A DNA stretch of 64,000 nucleotides from Lingula anatina (lineage: Eukaryota; Animalia; Brachiopoda): the NCBI GenBank assembly GCA_051362555.1, contig CM120649.1, positions 496,001 to 560,000 of the forward strand. The letters are read 5' to 3'. Below are positions 1 to 11,717 of the stretch, in pieces. The notes beneath the pieces were generated by a model. It made no database searches and had not been told where the DNA came from. It worked only from the letters and a program-made list of their open reading frames with translations. A program made the position numbers and the translations under genes. Every line of letters begins with the position of its first letter. The first letter of the stretch is position 1.

Positions 1-755
1 CAGCGAAAACTAAGCTTTAGGCCCGCAAATATACAAGTTACGAATGCCTTGTCGCCAATAAAGTATTCACTGTGTCTACTTACTGAATTGGTGAGTGATC
101 GCTGTCTATTGTTATGCTCTTTGATAGAATTGTAGATGGATCGTCAATCTAGACACGTCCGGTACGGAGTGCAGAATATTAGACAATGATCTGTGACAGT
201 TGTGATGTCACAATAGTGACGATCTCCTGCAGGGGGCGTGCTGTCCCCACCTGGCCTAGCTCACTCACCTGAGGTGGCCTATCTTGGCACATGAAGAGCA
301 GACCAGGTGGAGGAAGGAAAAAACTCCGATCACAACACAGGACTGGTGTTTCTCCGAAATGATTCATTGTGCAACGATGAAAAAAAACTCGCGATTTACT
401 ACGCCTTTTGATACATTTTTTTCATACCTCTGTACTTTCCAGAAAATATACCCTTGAAACAAGGCTTCTCAAACTTCGTGCAGTCAGGGAATCGCACTTT
501 TCAGCTAAAAAAGGCAAACAAAACAAATAGGCCAACATGCAATATGGCCCCTCATCTCGCAGAGACTTATGGTAAATAGGTCATACAAGACAAGACCAAA
601 CCAAAGTAAAACCCTTCTTTGTTATGATATCGTATGTTGTGCCGACCAGTGAAAACGTAAGTTGCGTTTCCAACCAATGAATTTCTGAAATCACTTATAA
701 AGCTGTCTGTCATTCATATTTGTTTAGTTTGATTTAGGGGCTAATCGTTAATCGT

Positions 756-790
<35 letters not shown>

Positions 791-2289
791 TTTTTTATTT
801 ATTTAATATTGTTCATTTATTAAAACATTTAGGCCTACCACAACTTTCCCTGATTGCATATCGGACCCTATCCCTTGGGAATAAAATTATTGAAACCCAT
901 TTAATTGATCAGTGCACCTTTCATGTACGATGTAATATGAAAGGTATTTTGGCGAAGTGCAATAATATATTAAGAAATATTAATATTTTTTATTACTGTG
1001 GAAGGAGTTTACACCCATTAGTGACGTGATGATACATACAAGGAAACCGTTGATGAAATTCAAATCGTGTGTACCACACTCAGAATTATAAAAGAGATAG
1101 GGCCTACATGTATGTATTGCATTCAGAAACATACGAATTAACATGAGTGGTGCCTTATTTAAACGCTTCAATGATCATGGTAGTGAAAGATTTGGTCTCT
1201 TCTCAAGAATGACCCGACCCTTTCACTTTTTAATCACTTTTTCACTTTTTAAAGTGAAGATATCCAAGTTCAATGTTTTAAACTCTGCACACACGGAAAA
1301 ATGGGAACCCAGACGTCCGTATTAATTGTAATTATAACTTCAACAATTAGCGTTTAGTATTCTAAAAGAATGCGCAAAAAATAATAATAATAAAATGAAA
1401 TAAAAATTACAATGCATTGTCAATCACCAACACTATATATTTATATATTTTATCAATTTAACATACAGACTTGGTCAAAAAGGTTTACAAATTTGTTTAA
1501 AAATTATCACCTCACATTTTTAAACCATTTTAAACAGCGTTTTTCCAGATATCATATATGACTCTAGTACAGAAAATAACTAAAAAATACCGGTGAACAT
1601 ATACACGTACTTTTTACCATCCACACTGTATTCAAATTTAGAGCATATATCCCCTTCAAACAAAATGTCAACAAAATTTAAAAGACACTTACATACTTAC
1701 ATTACACTTACATTTATCACCAAATTTACACACAATGGACATCAGCATGTGCTTGTCAAAGGTTACGTGTCATATGTAGCGTGTTTCTGTCGCGCACTGC
1801 AATTAACGCCTCTAGAGGGCGCGGCAGGCCTTCATCAAGGGGAAGAATTCTTTCTGGAATTCACATGGGTGATTGTTAGCATGCTATCCATTCATCAGAA
1901 CTTCAATCTTCACTCGCGCATAACCACCAGGAATTTGGGGGGCCAAATAATTTTACCCAATATTTTACGCATTTCTGTTTCACCCCCAAAATAATCTAAA
2001 ATTTTACTTTAACGTGCAACGTGCATTTCTAATGCAACAAAATTAAATTGGAAATGTCATCCAATACAGATTGATGACATAGTATTTGAATTGCTAAATT
2101 TAAATCACATTAGGCAAGGTTTAAACCTTTTCATCTTAAATGGCGGGAGTTCCTTTACTTCTTTTGTGCAGAACATTATAGTTATTTTTGGATCAAAAGC
2201 CTTAAGCGACCTCGAATAAGCTGCAGTCCCCAATTTCTTCTAGCATGGCCAATGCACCAATTTGGATGCCAGGGAAAAAGAGAAACTAG

Positions 2290-2785
2290 GTTTTTTAGGA
2301 TATTTGGGATCTTGTTTGGGAAAATATAACGTAAGTAATTTGCCGCCAGTTGTATGTGTTTGTAATGATTGAATCGACACTTAATATACCGGCTACACGC
2401 AGGTGTATGTGCACGCGAATGCATTATAGTGAATAGATACATATAAATGAGTCATACCCTCATTCTTTTTTTTTTTCGTTGGATATTAATGGATATTACT
2501 CTGAATAATTTTGTGTACATTTCCATTAACAACCCTGTCTGTACAGCCAAGTCGTAAATTGCATGACGAAAACCCATAATTGACTTTCATATAAGCGGTT
2601 TGCTTATCGTCAGTCAAGGATAGGTTTACGGTCGAGGTCGGAGGAATTTTATATTACAAGTGAATACCAAGTTTACCACGGATAAAACGATGACAGGTCA
2701 TCCTTCCTGCTTGGTTATCCTCTCTGCTACACTGCAGTTAAGTATGTGAGTTAAAATCATGGGATCTTCGGATTGCGTTTAAGGT
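2290..2785 (+). promoter_or_regulatory. Conserved upstream block of paralog 1, with putative non-coding exon donor (AAC|GTAAGT at 2330/2331)
   Basis: Inverted homologous copies lie upstream of paralog 2 (~16960-17610, donor AAC|GTGAGT at 17575) and paralog 3 (~26400-26850). Confidence 0.55.
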
Positions 2786-3314
2786 AAAGTGCTTTAAAAA
2801 CGTTATACGTCTTATTTGGAGGCCAGATATGACATTCAGGGGTTCAAAACGTTCTGTTGCTCAACAACAAAGGTACGTACATTTGTACATCAGCTGACCT
2901 CTGTACTTCTTGATAATGTCACACGGAGAACACGATGTCCCCTCTGACTGAATGACTGAATGTCCACTGGTGGTGGCTACCCTCTACCAGGGCCACAGAT
3001 TGATTTTTCATTATATATTTACAGGTATGTCTCCCGTTAATTCCTGACACATTTCTCTCGCCACAGAAAATTGCACATAATTAATCTGCGGCACTTAAGC
3101 GGGGAGGGAGGGGGGGGGGCGATGGGTTCGAACCGCCGTTTTTGCCGGGAAAAGGTCCGCTGTGGCTGGCAAATTATCTGGGCACACGAAGGTTTTATGG
3201 TAAATGGTCCACTTTTTCAGAAAAAAAACCACCCCCCGTAATTAGGTTGAGTTTAAAAATTTTCCTCCTTAACCAGTTCAATTCTCTTGGTGTGAGTCTG
3301 GGGTTGATCCGTAA

Positions 3315-3539
3315 GACCCCTTTCCCATAGATTTTAGATCGATCTATGCCTGTGGGGAGTCTCACTAGATTACTGTCAGTTTAGCCGACTTAATTGTCCG
3401 TCCCGCCTACTACAAGCTGTAAGGGGGTAATTAACTTTCGTGCCCGCTCGGCTTACAGCTATCTAGCGTGAACCCCCAGGGAGTTAGGTCCATCTAAATC
3501 TAAATCTCTGGATCGATCTAAATCTCTGGGAATGCACCC
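3315..3539. mobile_element. Palindromic MITE family A (PIF/Harbinger-like)
   Basis: Imperfect fold-back GACCCCTTTCCC...GGGAATGCACCC with subterminal TAGATCGATCTA motifs, flanked by TAA/TAA. Many copies in the window. Confidence 0.85.
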
Positions 3540-3932
3540 TAAGTTAATTAAAAGGAAAGAAAAACCCAGGAGGAAAAAAATGTACTTGGTATAATATTTG
3601 CCTTTGTCCCTGTGTCATATTTATGTGTCTACCGTTGTACATATCCTGTAATACTACATGTATACTTAGCTTCCCCATCTTAGACCTTAATAAGGACAAA
3701 TCCCTAGCGTAATTTTAAAAAGTACTCGATAACAATATTTCCTATTAGGCATGGCGGTCGAAGTGATCAGAAAGTCACCTAGAACTAAATTATTTAATGA
3801 GAAATGGTATAAACCATCGATCACAAGTACAGAGACGGGTGTGGCGAGGACGCGTGAGTAGGAAATTGCTTTTTTTTTCATATGAAACTTCGATTTGGCC
3901 AGGAAAGTCCAATGACTCGGGTAAAAAGCAAA

Positions 3933-4187
3933 TCCCCTGAGGAAATTTGTCTCATTTAACGTTCACTTACGGTTCTCAATCTATTCTAGAACATTTAATT
4001 GTTTTTTTTTACAGTTCTAATGTTGTTCTGTAATGAATGTAACAATTCGAGATCTGTTTTTGGGAAGTCCTTCAGAAATATCCTAGAATAATTTAAGAGC
4101 ATTTTTTCATTAAAGGAGAAAAACATTGTTTTAGGACACATTGAGAACCGTAAGTGAGCGTTAAATGAGAAAAATTTTCACAGGGGA
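3933..4187. mobile_element. MITE with ~50-bp TIRs (unclassified)
   Basis: TCCCCTGAGGAAATTTGTCTCATTTAACGTTCACTTACGGTTCTCAAT is inverted as ATTGAGAACCGTAAGTGAGCGTTAAATGAGAAAAATTTTCACAGGGGA. Confidence 0.75.
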
Positions 4188-5919
4188 ATGCAGGCTAAGT
4201 CAAATAAGTAGGTTTGTTAATTTGTTTTCATCCCACCCTTTAGAAAGTGCGTTAAGTTTTCCGCATCCTACATAAATATACCCCGGTAATTCAACTGCTT
4301 TCTGTAACAAAGGTGACTTAATTCCTCAAGCTTTAGACAGCCCCATCCTTGCTCGGCTCATCTTTCTTCAACATCAATGTAATAAGCGAGAAATAGAGCG
4401 AGGAATGAATGCGCCGTGTCACTCTGTCTATGAATACAAATGTACCTGCATCGTTGCCGCCGTTGTCCTTATAACCCAGACAACTGTATATAGATATTAT
4501 AATGGGGACAGGTATAGAACTATATGGGCTAGTATGGTAGAAAAACACGCCTGCCACCTGCGCCAAGGTAAAAAAAAACTACGTAAATAACATAATATAA
4601 TAACCTACTAAGGCATTTCTGCGTGATGTACCCAAGTGAATTGTACCATTATTATCATAAAGCAACATTATGCAGGCACCATTTTATGAGGTTCTTTTAT
4701 GTTTCCATTTTTATTTTAACAGCATTAGTATTAGTATTATTGATCTTACCTCCCTTTTTGAGGCTGTTAGTGTGATAGATTGTTACTAAAACCGCGAAAT
4801 GTATACAGGGAGCAATAAAAAAAAGACAAAAGAAAGCTTGTGTTAAATCTAATGTCCTTGTGCACATCATAACATATTACAGGTGATTCTGGATGTATAA
4901 AAACTTTCTGACTTAATGGCCTCTTAAAAACCTTTAAAGGTACATTTCTGTATCTTTTGTTTATCCTGGACTTTTCTCGCAAGATACAAGTTTTCTTTAG
5001 AATAGAAGAGAAAAAATTCCTCCTCTCAGGAAGCATTTCTTGATTTGTTCCTGCACTTGGGTTTGATGTTTCCTACCAATATAGTTTTCGGTCACTTACA
5101 CCGCCATGCCTCCCTGTACACTTCACAGGGAAATAACGACACCAGGTGTGTTTTAATCGTGTTTAAGGTCTGAATTGGAAAAATTGAGCTTTGCACAATA
5201 TAAAGCCACAGGCGGTATGACTTTTCGGACATTTTCAAACGCGAATGGTAGACATTTAATATTCTTGGCTTCGTCAACGCGCTCAGGTAACCGGGTCGCG
5301 TTTTGTACTAGTTCATATGTAGGTCGTTCGAACATATTGAAAAGTTCAATGATTTAGAGCAGCTTTTATGGCTCGTGCTTTGGTGATAAAAGCATTCATC
5401 GGCTTGATATCTCTCTGCTTATCTCTCTGGAAACTGTAGGTCTGATGCTGAATCAATACACGGTCTTTGGAGGGTATTGAAACGCAACGTACGACAAACT
5501 ATAAATATCTGGATTATTTAGCTCAAATAAGTCGTTACATGATTACACGTGTGCATTTTCGTGAGGGTAGTGTAATATTCTACCGTAAATACCGTAAATA
5601 ATGAATATACAAAAATGTACTTCATGAGGAGTAAAATTTCCTTTTTTCTATCATTAGTTTATATATTTATGTGTTATTATTTTTCTTCTTTTTTAAGGGG
5701 GGGGGAGGAGGAGAACAGAGATAGAGAAGAATACAAAGATAGCGACGGGGAAACAGGAGTTGAGAGAGTCTCCCCCCCCCCCCCCCCATTCCCCTTGCTC
5801 CCTGTGCTTAAAACTGATGTTGTTGGAAAAATGTGTCTGTTGGGAATCTTTGTAATAATACAATGTGTGTCGATCTACAGGGCATATTTCAAGGCTATGC
5901 TATACTATATTATACAACT

Positions 5920-5940
5920 TTTGACTTTATTTCAGATTCT
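5920..5940 (+). other. Putative splice acceptor opening the 5'UTR part of the first coding exon of paralog 1
   Basis: TTTATTTCAG|ATTCTCTGG at 5935. Homologous acceptors on the - strand at 24676-24677 (paralog 3) and 34310-34311 (paralog 4). Confidence 0.6.
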
Positions 5941-6224
5941 CTGGACCCTGGAACAGGAGTCAAATGCCATATTTCATCTTCGTGCTGACTTAATTAAATA
6001 GAAATAATTAAATAGAAAATAAACAGGACATACACTGTTACTACGCCTTTGGTTGGCGAGAGAAGGAACGTTGATGGACCTTATCGAGTATTGAACCCAA
6101 ATGCGATGTGTGCCAGGAGAAACTTTGAGCATCAGAGATGCACAATTTCACTTTATACGTAAAAGAAAGAAGAGGATAATACTACACCAAACGGTCTTTA
6201 GCCTTTTAATCTTGGGAATTGGTC

Positions 6225-6280
6225 CGTCTTGTGGTTGGGCTCGTATTGCGGAGAAAGTGCTGATTTGAAATACACGTGCT
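6225..6280 (+). promoter_or_regulatory. Conserved non-coding block with CACGTG E-box upstream of the ATG
   Basis: Present in all four paralogs (also 16067-16123, 24334-24392, 33419-33471). Confidence 0.5.
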
Positions 6281-6456
6281 CATTCAGATACATCTATTTT
6301 AAAACGCCTTTAACAAATTTATCTGCATTACTAATTAAATGCTCATTTCTCGTATGCAGCCATACAATCACTATCAACTGCGGCCAAACTACTGGGATTT
6401 TTATTAGTTTCAACTCATTCACATCACGAAAGAGATTCTGGTGTACAGTAAAAACC

Positions 6457-7292
6457 ATGAGGCGTCTCTCTTTATTCACAGTGGCTCGGCTATGCAGGCC
6501 ATTCCTGAAACGTAAAGTTCTGAAGTTCTTCACAGTGACTGCAATAATTTGTTTTACCTTAAGCATTTATCACTTACAGCATGGACCTATCCAAGCAAAA
6601 AGATATGTCAAATCTCTGCCAAATTATGCATGGTTAAAAAGGTCCGATCAGAGCTCAAATCAAACCGATGACAGGGCATGTGTATTTCCAGTATTGGACC
6701 CATACAGCCCCGAGATGATGACTTTCTTTGAAAAACCGTCGCCGGTGGAATGCTGGATAGATGAAGACTGGGTATATATAGAAAATGGCACATTTCGGTT
6801 TTCAGAAACAGCTTTGAGGAAATACGGACCAGACATTGAATGTTCCTATAGAACTATAACGCGTGGCAAAACTGACTTTGAGGTGGACCGAGGTCCACAT
6901 GTGCCCTTCAAAGATGGAGACCCTTTAAAGACTGACTTTGCAGTTGTGCGATGCTATGGTCGTTTTTGGAAAAAGTTTGAAACTATTCTCTCCGGCATCT
7001 CTTTTCGGCCTCACCTTCATGCCAGATATAAACCATCAATGCTGTTGGAGTCCTCAATGGGTTTTAATGTTCTCATGTTTGGATTTGACTCAGTATCAAG
7101 AATGACATGGATTAGGAATTTAAGGAAAAGTTACGATTATTTCACCAAAGAATTGGGCGGTATCGTCCTGGAAGGATATAACATAGTTGGGGACGGAACG
7201 CCGCAAGCTCTTTTGCCAATTCTAACTGGGCATTCAGAACCGGAACTACCCGAAGCCAGACGAGGAAAGCCGAATGCAAAACATGTGGACGG
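6457..7292 (+). CDS. DUF229/ALP-like protein, paralog 1, coding exon 1 (join 6457..7292,8895..10044; ~661 aa)
   Basis: ATG at 6457 in context AACCATGA. Basic N-terminus followed by a hydrophobic anchor (FFTVTAIICFTLSIY). Motifs NVLMFGFDSVSR and GYNIVGDGT are typical of DUF229. Ends at donor GG|GTAAAT (phase 2), at the same position in all four paralogs. Confidence 0.92.
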
Positions 7293-7293
7293 G

Positions 7294-7297
<4 letters not shown>

Positions 7298-7343
<46 letters not shown>
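7298..7343. repeat. (CT)n microsatellite at intron donor
   Basis: Read directly; equivalents at 23279-23312 and 32410-32431. Confidence 0.95.
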
Positions 7344-7347
<4 letters not shown>

Positions 7348-7594
7348 TATGTATTCCTGGTTCTCATTTATGTACTGTTTTTACAGATCTTGTCTCGTTT
7401 TTACCACCTCTAATGCGTAGCACTCATATGGTGTCACGATGGCGCAGGGTTCGTATTATTTAAGCCATCTTGGATGATCCACATTAAGAAAAGTTAATGA
7501 AACATCACGAGCTGAACCACAGACAAACTTAAACCACGCTTGCGTGTTAGATCAACGTGGTCAGCTCGTTTTACGCGTGATGCGCCGGGTGTTA

Positions 7595-7841
7595 GGGACC
7601 ATTCCCACAGATATGTGGATCGATCTATCTCCCTGGGGAGTCTCACTAAATTGCTATCAATGCAACCGCCTTAAATGTCTGTCACGTCTAGTAAAGCTGT
7701 TAGAGGGTTATTATCTTTACTCGCTCGCTGATTTGGTAGGCGTGACAGACATTTAAGCCGGTTAATTGGTGGCAATTTAGTGAGACTCCCCAGGGAGTTA
7801 GACTGATCTAGATGGATCGATCTAGGCATGGGAACCAAGTC
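7595..7841. mobile_element. MITE family A copy in paralog 1 intron
   Basis: GGGACCATTCCC...GGGAACCAAGTC with the same internal palindrome; TTA/TAA flanks. Confidence 0.8.
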
Positions 7842-7876
7842 TAAGTCTTTAAGTCCTCACTTTCATGTGGGACCCT

Positions 7877-8539
7877 CCCTGTCAGCACTCACATGTGGGA
7901 CCCAGATGGATAGGTGGTTGTTTGTGAGCCGATCTGGGCAGAGGTTAAATTCCGTGGTCTTATCTGGGTCCCTGATAGTCCTCATATGGGCTAGCATAGC
8001 TATCTCATGGGTCACTTCACTGTGTGTACATGTACGTATAGTGACTCCTGATATCTGTTGTTGACAGGACATATTTGAGACTATATATGATCAGCGATAT
8101 TTGAGCCTATTTTTGAGTAATTTGGAGCTGATGATTCGCTAGGTCTAGGTTCGCAAGATCTGAACCATTAGTTTTTTTAATCTTAAAAATAATCTTTTTT
8201 AATTTTAAAAATAGGTTGCCCTTTTTGTGGACCTGTATCAGCAAAAAACCCTTCCCTTCATTAGCCCACGTCAGAACCTATAAATCATGTAAGGGGCCAC
8301 TCAGAATAGATGATCCGAGTACTTACTGATCCGCCGACTAAATATGGCCGACCGCACTTCAAAATCGATATCGCTAATTCCATGATGGTCTTCCCGCAGT
8401 TAGTAGCCTACTCGGATCATTTAATCTGAATGGCCTCTATGAACCACCTATTTTAATCCTTTTGGGATTGTCAACATATGGGACCCACATCACAGTCCAT
8501 ACGGGCCCAGACGGGCACCATCACTGTGTGATGACTGGG
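7877..8539. mobile_element. Non-autonomous CACTA/EnSpm-like element (CCC...GGG ends) in paralog 1 intron
   Basis: CCCTGTCAGCAC / GTGATGACTGGG termini and repeated ATGTGGGACCC-like subterminal motifs. Contains a nested family B MITE. Confidence 0.55.
8293..8437. mobile_element. MITE family B, short copy
   Basis: TIRs GGGGCCACTCAGAATAGATGATCCGAGTA / TACTCGGATCATTTAATCTGAATGGCCTC. The AAATATGGCCGACC motif is shared with the 20542 and 50998 copies. Confidence 0.7.
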
Positions 8540-8894
8540 TTTATTCGTAGTTTTGCTTGCATTTAATTTTTTGTTGTTCATCAAATCAGTATGTTGTCGC
8601 CCCCCAAGTCTAATAGTCACCATTTCTGCTGCTTATTCCTCATACTTTAGATTTCTAATAACATGGTTATATTAAAAGATCAACCTAATGTGTTTTATTT
8701 TACAATGATGTTGACTAGTGCCAAGGGTTGACTTATAAAAATATTTGTGTATTTGAATTCCCTATTCCTGCAAAGAAAGAATCCACATGAGGTTGTTCTT
8801 AATTTTTTAAAAATCGTGTTTAAAGAGACGTTTATCAACGAGCAATGACGTCTTAATATATGTCAATAATGACTATTCTGATTTATTTCTACAG

Positions 8895-10044
8895 GTTTCC
8901 TTGGATTTGGAATGAATTCAAGAAACTCGGTTACATCACTCAGTGGGGAGAAGATATGTCCCACGTCGGCACATTCCAAATGAGGATGCTGGGATTTAAA
9001 GATCCGCCAACTGATCATTACTTACGGCCATTTTTATTAGAAGGAGAATATTATTACGAAAAATCTAATTGCTTTGGTGCTATTCCTACTCATACGCATA
9101 TGATGAATTGGGGAAGAGACATGTTTTTAATGTATAAAGATAAACCAAAGTTTTCATATTTATTCCATTCCAAGTACAGCCACGGACACACCTCGCAATT
9201 ACAAGTAGCAGACGATGACTTGTTGGAATTCTTGCAATGGTTAGAAAAAGGCAGGTACTTAGACGACACCATTTTGATTTTGATGTCAGATCATGGCGCG
9301 CGATTTACTTCTGTAAGAGACTCTGTCCAGGGAAAATTAGAAGAACGCATGCCATTTTTCTCGTTCCGTTTTCCAAAGAAATTCATTGAAAAGTACCCAA
9401 AAGCCTACGCCAATGTGAAGAAAAACTCCAAAATCCTTACCACCCCCTTTGATATTCACGAGACATTCATAGATATGATAAATCACACTGGTGCTGGAGT
9501 TGCAGATATACGACGGAGAGGCGTAAGTCTCTTTAAAGAAATTCCTAAAAGTAGAACCTGTGCGCATGCCCAAATTGAAGCTCACTGGTGCACGTGCTTG
9601 AATTGGGAAAAGGTTGACAAAGTAGATAAAAATGTGCAAAAAGCCATAAGTGCTGTTATTCAAAAATTAAACTCCATTATAGAATCACAAAGTCACGTCT
9701 GTCATAAACTTGAGTTGGGAATTGTTTCTCAAGTTGTTCGTTATAGCGGGGCAAAAGAAGCGCTCTTGCAATTTAAAGAGAGCGCTGATGGTGATGGTCG
9801 TCTGCCAGACTTTTCCGATAATATGGCGATGTCCGAGATATTGTACCAAATTAATTTATCTACCAAGCCAGGGAACGGACATTTCGAGGCGACTGTTCAT
9901 CACACAGTTCAGAGCGGCAATTTCACTGTATATGACAAGGAGATAAGCAGACTAAATAAGTATGGAAACCAGCCCCACTGCGTCTCTGGGAAACTGCCGC
10001 ACTTACGACCTTATTGCTATTGTAAAGAACAGTTATCGAGATAA
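8895..10044 (+). CDS. DUF229/ALP-like protein, paralog 1, coding exon 2
   Basis: Acceptor TTTCTACAG|G restores the frame (DG-FPWIW). Motifs GYITQWGED, PTDHYLRP, MSDHG, GKLEERMP, TTPFDIH, RTC..A.I..HWC.C and a C-terminal YCYC. Stop TAA at 10042-10044. Confidence 0.93.
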
Positions 10045-10547
10045 ACAAGCACGTTGTGTTAAGTTTAGCACAATATTTTAAAGGTACTTTTACCCAACAA
10101 GCTGTTTAAGTGGTACCCCTATACGATTCCCACAAGGTTTTTTTTTTATACAACAGACGTAGGAATATGTCTACACTTTTGCCGAAAGTGATAAATCATT
10201 TTTTTTATCCTGAGTTTCGGACATGATACAAAGATGCGTCTTTATTTATAAAGTGCATATCTTACTTGCGGAAAATATTATCGCAAGTATATTGTTTGTT
10301 TGTGGTCACTTATTTGTTTCAAGATAGAGGCCACAGTTTTAAAGATTTTGGTTTTAAATTTTTTGTACGTTGGTTTTAGGCCTAGGATGAACTTTTCTGA
10401 ATTTCATAAGGATAATGTATACAGTTTATATGTAAAACATTTTCAAATTTTCAATTGCTTTGTAAATTAATGTTAGATAGTGAACGGTTTGTGGCCTTGT
10501 TTACTCTGTAACTTAAGTCGCTTTTAGAACAGATGACAAAGCCTAAC

Positions 10548-10675
10548 AAAACCAAGTCGTTTGCATCACACAACTCCACAACTGAGTCAATTGCTTCTCT
10601 ACAGTATCGCATACTCTCAGCATTCTCGCTTATAAGACCAACTTTAGTGGTGTCGTTCGCATATTTCATTAGAAA
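10548..10675 (-). mobile_element. Non-LTR retrotransposon reverse-transcriptase fragment (Rex1/Babar- or CR1/L2-like)
   Basis: LMKYANDTTKVGLISEN...YCREAIDSVVELCDANDLVL resembles the KYADDT..VGLI...W C..N.L.LN region of LINE reverse transcriptases, with YADD degenerated to YAND. Confidence 0.7.
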
Positions 10676-11384
10676 TTAATGCGCCTCCGTCTTTAAATTG
10701 CACGATTCAATAAAACGATACTTTGCAATTATTATTTTTACGCTTTTAGTTATTGAACAGTAAACATTTTTAATGTCTGCTTTTGTCAGTGTCCCCTGAC
10801 TTCTTTTGAGAAGTGTATTTCATATCTGCTTAGGTAATGCAGAAGTAAACATAGTCGTGTTATGGTATAGTGTTAGGAGATGCTGTCACATCAACAACAC
10901 ATTGGAGTGATTTGGCTGTGAGCTGATGACGTTATATAGCAGCTTTTCTGTAGTGAAATTGTGTTTTTGAATTCAAACAGATCTCCCTCACGTGAACAGC
11001 TATTAACAACGTTTTAACTCCTATTTAACCACAACTGTAAGTACTACAATTCATTCACAGTACAATGTAGTTCTTTTTGAAAGGCTTATTTCTGATTTCA
11101 CCGTATTTTTGAGTAAAGAGGTGAAAAGTATTGGTTTGATGGCACATCGTATTTAAGGGATCATGTCTCATAAAAAATCAAAACACTGTCAAAATAGATC
11201 ACACCCTTGTCGCCAACTATACCAATTTTCATGCTGTTGTCTGACTCAAGGCCAGAAATGCGCAGCATTCACGCGATACGCTAGGACGCAACAGTACGGC
11301 TTCACGTGACTCAACTAGCCAATCACAGCACAACAATGGCACCGCACACAGACTTTGTGATAAGTACTCGAGGAGCCAAAATTG

Positions 11385-11717
11385 ACTTCTTGGACTGATA
11401 GTAGAGTGCCTAGGTGAAAATACTGAAAAGCTCATAACACACATATTAGAATTTCTAGATATAGTGGTTCCATCACCACAGAATTTAACCTTGAAACTTG
11501 GCCTACTACCACATTCAACATCAGGGTTGTCAGCCAAATAGGATTTGATGGCAAAAATAAGCTCAGATTCAACATCTATCTCAGCCCCATCATGTGGCCC
11601 TGGAGTACGTTGCACATGACAAATCACATTCATCTCTTTACGCATTTGTTTTATTAGGTAGCTTTTGGGCAGCCCATCGTCAAGTAGTGTTAGCTCATGG
11701 TAACAAACGTCTGACAT
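11385..11717 (-). pseudogene. Fragment of a DDE transposase of the Transib/RAG1/Chapaev-like group
   Basis: SD..YHEL....GLPKSYLIKQ.R...N...H..RTPG...GA...FKVKFCGDG..ISRNSN..V.SFS. The K..GDG strand resembles the first catalytic Asp region of RAG1 (VVKESCDG) and Transib (KWGCDG). Truncated at both ends. Confidence 0.6.

Noticed and set aside
1593-1994. 133-aa ORF and other short intergenic ORFs
   Set aside because: No recognisable domains, often non-ATG starts, and composition like AT-rich non-coding DNA.
6229-6456. 76-codon in-frame extension upstream of the paralog 1 ATG (TTG start in the ORF track)
   Set aside because: Non-ATG start, and the homologous frame is interrupted in the other paralogs. 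ATG 6457 aligns with their starts.
9337-9663. Antisense or alternate-frame ORFs recurring in each paralog (MSFNLGMRTGST..., MCHFLYIPS...)
   Set aside because: Shadows of the duplicated coding strand; their lengths vary and there is no independent support.
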